From IMG/VR virus record IMGVR_UViG_648276671_000014: a DNA stretch of 24,740 nt, one strand, 5' to 3'. The translations under genes were made by a program, and so were the position numbers. Under the pieces are notes generated by a model. That model saw nothing but the letters and a program-made list of their open reading frames with translations, did no database searches and was not told the DNA's origin. Source of the stretch: a virus. Taxonomy: Duplodnaviria > Heunggongvirae > Uroviricota > Caudoviricetes. How positions within the stretch are numbered: the first letter of the stretch is position 1; each line of letters opens with the position of its first letter. This document shows, one piece after another, positions 17,548 through 24,740 of the stretch.

Positions 17548-17960
17548 CGCGTGCGCTGGCAGTAGTGGTGGCGCTGGCACTCGTTGCGCTGGGCTGGCAG
17601 TCGTGGCGGCTTAACAGCGCCAGCCACACCATCGAAACGCAGCGCGCGGCGCTGAAAAGTAAAGCGCAAGAACTGACAAAGAAAACAGCCAGCTGATCGG
17701 TCTGTCCATTCTGGCTGAAACCAACAACCGGGAGCAGGCGCGGCTCTACGCCGAAGCAGAACAGACCAGCGCACTGCTGAGACAACGACAACGCCGGATC
17801 GAGGAACTGAAACGTGAGAACGAGGATTTACGCCGCTGGGCTGATACTCCTTTGCCTGCTGACATTATCCGGCTGCGGGAACGTCCGGCACTCACCGGAG
17901 GTGCAGCTTACCGTCAGTGGTTGTCCGCGAGTGACGCCGTGTCGGCTGGAGCAGGCAGCG
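17544..17960 (+). pseudogene. lysB: Rz/LysB-like i-spanin split by a frameshift. The N-terminal TM part is in frame 0 (17544-17696, 50 aa). The periplasmic coiled-coil part is in the -1 frame (17663-17960).
   Basis: The ATG overlaps the endolysin stop (ATGA). The TM segment is ALAVVVALALVALGW. The downstream frame encodes ENSQLIGLSILAETNNREQARLYAEAEQT...RENEDLRRWADTP, typical of Rz. One extra A in ACAAAGAAAAC would restore a single ORF. Confidence 0.6.
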
Positions 17961-18104
17961 CCGCGCACTAACGGTGATCTGAACGCATTGCTGGATGAAA
18001 CGGAGGCCGCCTGGGCGGTCTGTGCAGACAAAGTGGACATGATTATTGCGTGTCAGGAGCGAAACAGTGAACAAACCACAGTCCCTGCGTCACGCCCTCA
18101 ATAA
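17814..18104 (+). CDS. lysC: Rz1/LysC-like o-spanin lipoprotein (96 aa, GTG start, lipobox LTLSGC).
   Basis: Embedded in the +1 frame of the Rz C-terminal region and extends past it as in P2 lysB/lysC. Signal peptide plus lipobox. GAGGAA SD. Confidence 0.7.
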   Translation: MRTRIYAAGLILLCLLTLSGCGNVRHSPEVQLTVSGCPRVTPCRLEQAAPRTNGDLNALLDETEAAWAVCADKVDMIIACQERNSEQTTVPASRPQ

Positions 18105-18498
18105 AGCAGTGCCTTATGTCCGCAATAACCCGGACAAACTGCATCTGTTTGTGGATAACGGTTCGCTGGTTGCCACGGGGGCCAGCTCTATGTCGTGGGA
18201 GTACCGTTACACCCTGAACGCGGTGATTGAAGATTTCAGCGGCGACCAGAATCTGCTGATGGCCCCGGTTTTGCTGTGGCTGCGGGATAACCAGCCCGAT
18301 GCCATCAATAACCCGGCGTTACGGGAAAAGCTATTCACCTTTGAGGTGGATATTCTGCGCAACGATGTCTGTGATATCAGCCTTAACCTGCAACTGACGG
18401 AGCGTGTGCTGGTCAGCACTGACGGCAGTGTGTCGAACGTTGAAGCGGTAGCGGAACCTGATGAACCTGAAGAAATGTGGACGGTGAAACGTGGCTGA
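18067..18498 (+). CDS. R: Tail completion protein R (143 aa from the GTG at 18067; the track ORF starts at a TTG at 18046).
   Basis: Similarity to P2 gpR recalled from memory (KPDSLR/KPQSLR, FVDNGS, VLAWLRENQPD/VLLWLRDNQPD, LTERTLVS). Confidence 0.8.
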   Translation: MNKPQSLRHALNKAVPYVRNNPDKLHLFVDNGSLVATGASSMSWEYRYTLNAVIEDFSGDQNLLMAPVLLWLRDNQPDAINNPALREKLFTFEVDILRNDVCDISLNLQLTERVLVSTDGSVSNVEAVAEPDEPEEMWTVKRG

Positions 18499-18937
18499 AT
18501 TGCAGAAGGTGGACGACTGGCTGAGTGCCTTGCTGGTGAATCTGGAGCCAGCCGCAAGAAGCCGTATGATGCGCCAACTGGCGCAGGAACTGCGCAGGAC
18601 ACAACAGAAGAACATCAGGATGCAGCGCAATCCAGATGGCAGTAGTTATGAACCGCGACGGGTAACAGCACGCAGTAAAAAGGGGCGTATCAAACGTCAG
18701 ATGTTTGCAAAGCTGCGCACCACAAAATACCTGAAAACTGCCGCCAGCGCCGATTCTGCCAGCGTACAGTTTGAAGGTAAGGTACAGCGCATTGCCCGTG
18801 TTCACCATTACGGTCTGCGTGATCGCGTAAATAAAAAAGGTTTAATCGCGAAATATCCGCAACGTACTTTATTGGGCTTATCTTATAAAACAGAAGAAAA
18901 TATTATTATGAGCATAAAGGAGGAGCTATCAAAATAA
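18491..18937 (+). CDS. S: Tail completion protein S (148 aa, GTG start). The C-terminal ~35 aa is AT-rich and divergent.
   Basis: Position and size match P2 gpS (150 aa). The 3' end runs into the AT-rich insertion. Confidence 0.78.
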   Translation: MAELQKVDDWLSALLVNLEPAARSRMMRQLAQELRRTQQKNIRMQRNPDGSSYEPRRVTARSKKGRIKRQMFAKLRTTKYLKTAASADSASVQFEGKVQRIARVHHYGLRDRVNKKGLIAKYPQRTLLGLSYKTEENIIMSIKEELSK

Positions 18938-18978
18938 AGACGAGGAGGTTTAAATAACCCTCTCGTCTTTTGTTTTTA
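18938..18978 (+). terminator. Rho-independent terminator after S (AGACGAGgagg...ccCTCGTCT plus TTTGTTTTT).
   Basis: Stem-loop plus T-tract, read directly. Confidence 0.5.
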
Positions 18979-19203
18979 TCCATAAGCCAGCTCCTGTGGA
19001 GATGGCGATTGATTAGCTGTTCATGTAAGAGTTAAATAGAGCTGAGATTTTTTGTGTATCCGTAACTGGATCAGTCGATGAGCCTTGTCTGATATAAAAC
19101 ATATTCTCAAAGTCGCAAATTTGACCTGTGCTCTGAATAGTTATCTTGAGTATGTGTAAGCCATTGTAAGAGCAAAACTCAATATTCTTAAGTATCTGCT
19201 GTT

Positions 19204-20787
19204 TTAGAGTTTCAGTGAAATCGTATCCTTGTATTTTTGTTTTATTAACATAAAGTAATCATCAATGCTACCAGAGACTAACATTGCTTCATGATCAATT
19301 CCGTTTATATAGAACCCATTGAACTCAATTGAATTTACTCCATATAAATGTTGAATTCTATCTGCGGTTAATTTATTTTCGGCAATACCAACTAAAATAT
19401 AGCCTTTTGCGCTTTTTCCAATATTATTTATTGCTACGCAAGTTTGTAATATTCCTTTTAAACATTCATCATCAAATTCATTTTTACCTGATAAATTAAA
19501 GAACCCCTGTTTGAAATCATAACTTGGTTGTTCAGTTCTAGAATTTGTTAATAGATTGCGAATTTCAGTTACCCAAGCATGATTCACATACTTTTGAGGA
19601 GCAGGTTGGAAGTAGCGACTTATTAATGCAACAAGATCATTAACACTTTTTTCACGAGTGCTTGCAGCCCAGCGGCCACCATCGGTAACCATAATTATGG
19701 TATTGCCAGTGTTTTTTAATTGCGAGAATAAACCTTCTTTATCAATTAATTGCATATTTTGGTTGAAAAGAAGTTCATAAATAGACAAAAACACAGCTTG
19801 ATAATAACGAGGGCATTCTTGAGATGAATTATCCTCCCCTAAAATATGGCTTCTAAAAGTATCATTTTTTCCGTCATATAGGCTTGTAATTAATTCATAT
19901 ACAGCTATGAAATTCTGCTTAATAGTGGCAGCGTTATTGGTTTGAATGAAAGACTCTAATTGCTGTCTGACACCATGAGCATGAGAGGAGTTTCCTTGAC
20001 CATAGAATGTGTCGAGAGAAGTTGACCCAGATGTGGGTTTTTCTTCTAGACTGATATATGCAAGGATATTGGCTATCAATTCCTCGTCATCAGAATCACG
20101 AATACTTCGTCTTGTTAAAATATGATGTTTTATATAAAAGTGGTTATCGATATTTACCCCGTACTCCAATCTATCGTTACTGATTGAAATTTTGTGCATT
20201 TGCTGGAGATTCATAATGTCAGAATGGCTAGTATCACCTCTGATCGATGTTGATATCGATCTGACCAGTTCAGAGAAGTTACTAACTGTTCCTGCACTAC
20301 GTAATTCTTGTTTGGATAAAATCTTCCCGTTTGAGTTTATTCGTCTGAATACTTCGTCAATATTTTCATTTGTGGAGCTATATTCTGATATTGCAAATCG
20401 ATAACGTGCAATAATTGCTGAAGAATCACGGGAAAGAATTGGTTCTTTCTGAATTAAAGTTCCATTATCTTTAAGTTGTTTTGTTAAAGCTATAGAGTCC
20501 AAATCAAAATATTGTCCATCTAATGAAAATCTCTGTTCGATGAAGCTCATAATTGCTTCTAATCTTTGCATTCCATCCAATATTTCTCTTTGTTCATTGA
20601 TGGTAACAAATAATAATAACGGAATAGGATATTGTTGCAGCATAGAAGATATTAAAGAAGTCTTTTCTTCTAGAGACCATACAAGTTTCCTTTGATAACG
20701 TCTATTGACTATCAAATTTCCTTGCAAATACCATTCGTATAATTGCTCGGTAGTCCTTGAGTCAATATCAAGATTTTCATTTGGCAT
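19204..20787 (-). CDS. DUF262-domain protein (ParB/Srx-like, DGQQR-type motif ILDGMQRLEAI; GmrSD N-terminal family), 527 aa. Candidate anti-phage or type IV restriction-like function.
   Basis: Markedly AT-rich insertion between S and V. AAGGAG SD 8 nt before the ATG at 20787 (the track ORF starts 13 codons earlier). N-terminal motifs NRRYQRKLVW, YPIPLLLF and DGMQRL are typical of DUF262. No HNH/DUF1524 motif is recognisable in the C-terminus. Confidence 0.78.
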   Translation of the reverse strand: MPNENLDIDSRTTEQLYEWYLQGNLIVNRRYQRKLVWSLEEKTSLISSMLQQYPIPLLLFVTINEQREILDGMQRLEAIMSFIEQRFSLDGQYFDLDSIALTKQLKDNGTLIQKEPILSRDSSAIIARYRFAISEYSSTNENIDEVFRRINSNGKILSKQELRSAGTVSNFSELVRSISTSIRGDTSHSDIMNLQQMHKISISNDRLEYGVNIDNHFYIKHHILTRRSIRDSDDEELIANILAYISLEEKPTSGSTSLDTFYGQGNSSHAHGVRQQLESFIQTNNAATIKQNFIAVYELITSLYDGKNDTFRSHILGEDNSSQECPRYYQAVFLSIYELLFNQNMQLIDKEGLFSQLKNTGNTIIMVTDGGRWAASTREKSVNDLVALISRYFQPAPQKYVNHAWVTEIRNLLTNSRTEQPSYDFKQGFFNLSGKNEFDDECLKGILQTCVAINNIGKSAKGYILVGIAENKLTADRIQHLYGVNSIEFNGFYINGIDHEAMLVSGSIDDYFMLIKQKYKDTISLKL

Positions 20788-21001
20788 AATTTTTCTCCTT
20801 GTTAGATTGAACTTATATATTGTCAATAAACATCTTTTGTGTCAAAGATTACATAGTAACTGCCTAAATTAATTGGCTTTTAATAATTAAAGACGTAGCT
20901 TTCAAGTGCTTTTTTAAGAGCATTGAACTTCTTAACTTGCGCAACGTCATTCGACCTTTTGCAACGTATTAATGCTCTAACGCAGACCATTGAAAGGCAT
21001 T

Positions 21002-21019
21002 TGTTCTATGTCTAATACA
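21002..21019 (+). promoter_or_regulatory. TGT-N12-ACA late-activator site of the V late promoter (PV).
   Basis: TGTtctatgtctaatACA, centred ~55 bp upstream of the V start, read directly. Confidence 0.55.
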
Positions 21020-21065
21020 ATAACAAAGGCTGTCTACTGCTTGCTATTGATGGCAACCTTTCCCT

Positions 21066-21644
21066 ATGAACGCACAATTAACCGAAATCATGCGCCTTAT
21101 CACCAACCTGATCCGCACTGGTGTAGTCACCGAAGTGGACCGGGAGAATTGGCTTTGCCGGGTGAAAACGGGCGACCTTGAAACTAACTGGATCAGTTGG
21201 CTGACGCTGCGCGCGGGTAATGCCCGGACATGGTGGCGACCATCGGAAGGTGAGCAGGTGGTGCTGCTGAGTCTGGGCGGAAATCTGGAAACCGCCTTTG
21301 CGTTGCCCGCCATCTATTCGAATCAGTTCGCTCCACCGTCGACATCAGCGGATGCCTGCGTGACAGAGCATCCTGACGGCGGCTGGTTTGAATATGAACC
21401 CGCCACCGGGCGCTGGTTTGTCAGGGGCATCAAATCAATGGTCATTGAGACCGCTGACAATATCACCCTGAAAACCAGTGAGTTTGTGCTGGAGGCTGAC
21501 CGCACGCGTATTAACAGCGAAGTATTGATCAATGGTGGCGTTACCCAGGGCGGCGGTGCGATGAGTTCTAACGGGATCGTGGTTGATGCGCATCAGCATA
21601 CTGGCGTCCTGAAAGGCGGCGATACAACCGGAGGCCCGGTATGA
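21066..21644 (+). CDS. V: Baseplate spike/assembly protein V (192 aa).
   Basis: P2 gene order S-V-W-J-I-H. Size is close to P2 gpV. Confidence 0.85.
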   Translation: MNAQLTEIMRLITNLIRTGVVTEVDRENWLCRVKTGDLETNWISWLTLRAGNARTWWRPSEGEQVVLLSLGGNLETAFALPAIYSNQFAPPSTSADACVTEHPDGGWFEYEPATGRWFVRGIKSMVIETADNITLKTSEFVLEADRTRINSEVLINGGVTQGGGAMSSNGIVVDAHQHTGVLKGGDTTGGPV

Positions 21645-22000
21645 CGCTTTATAGCGGGATGAACAATACCAGCGGCAAAGTCATTACTGATATTGATCAT
21701 CTGCGCCAGTCGGTGCGGGACATTCTGCTGACACCGCAGGGTAGCCGTATTGCCCGCCGGGAATATGGTTCCCTCCTGTCGGTTTTAATAGATCAGCCAC
21801 AAAATCCGGCATTACGCCTGCAGGTCATGTCGGCAGTGTATGTGGCGCTGAGTCGCTGGGAGCCACGGCTGACGCTGGATTCCATCACCATCAACAGCAA
21901 CTTTGACGGTTCTATGGTGGTGGAGCTGACCGGGCGGCGGAATAACGGTGTGCCTGTGTCCCTTTCCGTATCAACAGGAGCAGAGAATGGCAGTGATTGA
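21641..22000 (+). CDS. W: Baseplate wedge protein W (gp25-like, 119 aa).
   Basis: Size (P2 W is 115 aa). Start overlaps the V stop. Confidence 0.85.
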   Translation: MTLYSGMNNTSGKVITDIDHLRQSVRDILLTPQGSRIARREYGSLLSVLIDQPQNPALRLQVMSAVYVALSRWEPRLTLDSITINSNFDGSMVVELTGRRNNGVPVSLSVSTGAENGSD

Positions 22001-22895
22001 CCTTTCGCAGTTGCCTGCACCGCAGATTGTGGATGTGCCGGACTTTGAGACGCTGCTTGCCGAACGCAAGGCAGAATTTGTGGCGCTTCATCCGAAAGAT
22101 GAGCAGGAAGCCGTGATCCGCACGCTGGAACTGGAATCTGAACCCGTCACTAAATTGTTGCAGGAGAACGCTTACCGTGAGTTGCTTCTGCGCCAGCGCA
22201 TTAACGAAGCCGCGCAGGCGGTGATGGTGGCTTACGCGATGGGCGGCGATCTTGACCAGCTCGCTGCCAACTACAACGTGACACGCCTGACGGTGACGCC
22301 TGCTGATAATGATGCTGTGCCGCCCGTTGCAGCTGTGATGGAAAGCGATGAAGCGTTACGCCTGCGTGTGCCTGCAGCCTTTGAAGGGCTTTCTGTTGCG
22401 GGGCCAACTGCAGCTTATGAATTTCATGCCCGAAGCGCCGACGGTCGGGTGGCGGATGCCAGTGCAACCAGCCCGGCACCTGCAGTGGTGGTGCTGACTG
22501 TCCTTAGCCGCGAAGGCGATGGAACTGCAGAAAAAGACCTGCTGGACGTGGTGGAAAAAGCTCTGAACAGTGAGAACGTCCGCCCGGTGGCTGACCGTCT
22601 GACGGTTCGCAGCGCAGAAATCATCCCGTATCGCGTGGAAGCCACCATTTTTCTCTATCCGGGACCGGAAGCAGAGCCGGTAATGGCAGCGGCAAAAGCC
22701 AGCCTGCAGAAGTACATCGCCAGTCAGACGCGTCTTGGTCGGGATATTCGCCGTAGCGCCATCTTTGCCGCCCTGCATGTTGAGGGTGTGCAGCGTGTGG
22801 AGCTGGCGTCTCCTCTGGCGGATGTGGTCCTGAACAAAACACAGGCGGCATCATGTACGCAGTGGAGCGTGACCAACGGAGGAACGGATGAATAG
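21987..22895 (+). CDS. J: Baseplate protein J (302 aa from the ATG at 21987).
   Basis: GGAGCAGAGA SD. Size equals P2 gpJ (302 aa). Confidence 0.85.
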   Translation: MAVIDLSQLPAPQIVDVPDFETLLAERKAEFVALHPKDEQEAVIRTLELESEPVTKLLQENAYRELLLRQRINEAAQAVMVAYAMGGDLDQLAANYNVTRLTVTPADNDAVPPVAAVMESDEALRLRVPAAFEGLSVAGPTAAYEFHARSADGRVADASATSPAPAVVVLTVLSREGDGTAEKDLLDVVEKALNSENVRPVADRLTVRSAEIIPYRVEATIFLYPGPEAEPVMAAAKASLQKYIASQTRLGRDIRRSAIFAALHVEGVQRVELASPLADVVLNKTQAASCTQWSVTNGGTDE

Positions 22896-23493
22896 TCTGC
22901 TGCCACCGGGGTCAACTTCACTGGAGCGCCGACTGGCGCAAACCTGTAGCGGGATTTCTGATCTGCAGGTGCCGCTGCGTGACTTGTGGAATCCGGCTAC
23001 CTGTCCGGTCAGCTTCCTACCTTATCTCGCCTGGGCGTTCTCTGTGGATCGCTGGGACGAGGGCTGGACAGAAAGCGTCAAACGCCAGGTAGTGAAGGAT
23101 GCTTTTTATATTCATCAGCATAAAGGAACCACCAGTGCCGTGCGGCGGGTGGTGGAACCGTTCGGATTCCTGATCCGCATTATTGAGTGGTGGCAGACCG
23201 GAGAAACACCGGGCACGTTTCGCCTGGATATCGGCGTGCAGGACCAGGGCATCACTGAAGATACCTATCTGGAACTTGAGCGGCTGATAAGCGATGCCAA
23301 ACCATGTAGCCGTCACATGATCGGCATGTCCATCAATCTGCAGACCAGCGGTCCGCATTGGGTGGGGGCCGCCAGCTATCTTGGCGAAGAAATCACGATC
23401 TATCCGTATATCAACGAAACAATTATTTCTGGCGGCACCGCGCATGAAGGCGGGGCGGTCCATGTTATTGACACAATGAGAGTGAATCCATGA
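22888..23493 (+). CDS. I: Baseplate protein I (201 aa).
   Basis: Position between J and H. Overlapping stop/start codons. Confidence 0.82.
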   Translation: MNSLLPPGSTSLERRLAQTCSGISDLQVPLRDLWNPATCPVSFLPYLAWAFSVDRWDEGWTESVKRQVVKDAFYIHQHKGTTSAVRRVVEPFGFLIRIIEWWQTGETPGTFRLDIGVQDQGITEDTYLELERLISDAKPCSRHMIGMSINLQTSGPHWVGAASYLGEEITIYPYINETIISGGTAHEGGAVHVIDTMRVNP

Positions 23494-24740
23494 GCACAAA
23501 ATTTTATACCCTGCTGACGGATATTGGCGCGGCGAAACTTGCCAGCGCCGCCGCGCTCGGTGTGCCGCTAAAAATTACCCATATGGCGGTCGGCGATGGC
23601 GGCGGAGTATTGCCAACGCCAGACTCAAAGCAGACTGCACTGGTAAATGAGAAACGCCGGGCTGCGCTGAATATGCTCTATATCGACCCGCAGAACAGCA
23701 GCCAGATTATTGCCGAACAGGTGATCCCTGAAAACGAGGGCGGTTGGTGGATACGTGAAGTGGGCTTGTTTGATGAGTCCGGGGCATTGATTGCCGTGGG
23801 CAACTGCCCGGAAAGCTATAAGCCGCAACTGGCTGAAGGTAGCGGGCGCACTCAGACCGTGCGCATGGTGCTGATTACCAGCAGCACGGACAATATCACC
23901 CTGAAAATCGACCCTGCCGTAGTGCTGGCAACCCGCAAGTATGTGGATGACAAGGCACTGGAGCTGAAGGTGTACGCGGATGATCAGATGGCAAAACATC
24001 TTGCCGCACCGGACCCGCATTCACAGTATGCACCCAAAGAAAGTCCGACGTTTACCGGGACACCCAAAGCGCCAACGCCAGCCGCAGGGAATAACACCAC
24101 GCAGATTGCGACCACCGCGTTTGTTCAGGCGGCTCTGACGGCTCTTATTAATGGTGCGCCAGCCACGCTGGACACGCTGAAAGAAATAGCCGCAGCCATT
24201 AACAATGATCCGAAATTCAGTACCACCATTAACAATGCGCTGGCACTGAAAGCGCCGCTGTCGAGTCCGGCACTCACCGGAACGCCAACCGCACCTACTG
24301 CGGCACAGTCGGTCAACAATACACAGATTGCCACCACGGCATTTGTGAAGTCGGCGATTGCGGCAATGGTGGGTTCTGCACCTGCGGCACTGGATACACT
24401 GAACGAACTGGCGGCAGCGCTGGGGAATGACCCGAACTTTGCCACGACAATGCTTAATGCGCTGGCAGGTAAACAACCGCTGGACAATACGCTGACTAAT
24501 TTGAGTGGAAAGGATGTAGCTGGTCTTCTCACATACCTTGGTTTGGGAGAAGGTTCGGCATTACCCGTTGGGGTGCCTGTTCCGTGGCCTTCAGCCACTC
24601 CGCCAACAGGCTGGCTGAAATGCAATGGTGCGGCTTTTTCTGCTGAAGAATACCCGGAACTGACAAAGGCTTACCCGACTAATAAATTGCCTGATTTACG
24701 CGGTGAATTTATTCGTGGCTGGGATGACGGCGGGGATTGA
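23490..24740 (+). CDS. H: Tail fibre protein H, 5' partial (continues beyond the window).
   Basis: The conserved P2 H N-terminus MSTKFYTLLTDIGAAKLA...HMAVGDGGG. No stop codon before the window end. Internal repeated motif NNTQIATTAFV...LDTL.E.AAA..NDP.F. Confidence 0.85.
   Translation: MSTKFYTLLTDIGAAKLASAAALGVPLKITHMAVGDGGGVLPTPDSKQTALVNEKRRAALNMLYIDPQNSSQIIAEQVIPENEGGWWIREVGLFDESGALIAVGNCPESYKPQLAEGSGRTQTVRMVLITSSTDNITLKIDPAVVLATRKYVDDKALELKVYADDQMAKHLAAPDPHSQYAPKESPTFTGTPKAPTPAAGNNTTQIATTAFVQAALTALINGAPATLDTLKEIAAAINNDPKFSTTINNALALKAPLSSPALTGTPTAPTAAQSVNNTQIATTAFVKSAIAAMVGSAPAALDTLNELAAALGNDPNFATTMLNALAGKQPLDNTLTNLSGKDVAGLLTYLGLGEGSALPVGVPVPWPSATPPTGWLKCNGAAFSAEEYPELTKAYPTNKLPDLRGEFIRGWDDGGD

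Noticed and set aside
17484-18074. Minus-strand ORFs in the Rz/Rz1 region (17484-17774, 17528-17791, 17828-18040, 17892-18074).
   Set aside because: Antisense to the spanin genes. The plus-strand Rz/Rz1 architecture explains the region.
20192-20404. 70-aa plus-strand ORF inside the DUF262 gene.
   Set aside because: Antisense to a long, well-supported gene, with no RBS.
20827-20860. TTGACA hexamer upstream of the DUF262 gene as its promoter -35.
   Set aside because: No convincingly spaced -10 hexamer could be paired with it, so it is left unannotated.
22201-24625. Numerous minus-strand ORFs inside J, I and H (e.g. 22356-22778, 23017-23499, 24021-24476).
   Set aside because: Antisense shadows of conserved baseplate and tail-fibre genes. 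Arg/Cys-rich nonsense translations.

Overview
This window is a near-complete stretch of a P2/186-family (Peduovirus-like) prophage from an enterobacterial genome. attL must lie just beyond position 1, and the tail-fibre gene runs off the right edge. Left to right: a 186-type lysogeny module (int, a small secreted Cys-rich moron, cI, face-to-face pR/pL region, apl, cII); an early operon (fil-like and small ORFs, TraR/DksA-type zinc finger, Dam-class adenine methyltransferase, rolling-circle replication protein A); an AT-rich cargo block at the position of the P2 tin/old hotspot; then P2-order head genes Q, P (leftward) and O, N, M, L (rightward); lysis genes (X, pinholin-like holin, SAR endolysin, Rz/Rz1 with the Rz gene split by a frameshift); tail-completion R and S; a second AT-rich single-gene insertion between S and V; baseplate V, W, J, I; and the 5' part of tail-fibre H. 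The hotspot cargo contains a LexA-box-controlled Tum/DinI-like pair, a three-ORF membrane-protein operon with its own terminator, a cos-like site and a HEPN-like (Rx4HG) protein. The S-V insertion encodes a DUF262 (DGQQR-like ParB/GmrSD N-domain) protein. TGT-N12-ACA late-activator sites lie upstream of O and V. The two single-gene AT-rich insertions (DUF262 and HEPN-like) and the membrane operon are the best candidates for undescribed anti-phage or lysogenic-conversion functions. All calls rest on reading the sequence and the ORF track against remembered family knowledge; no searches were run.
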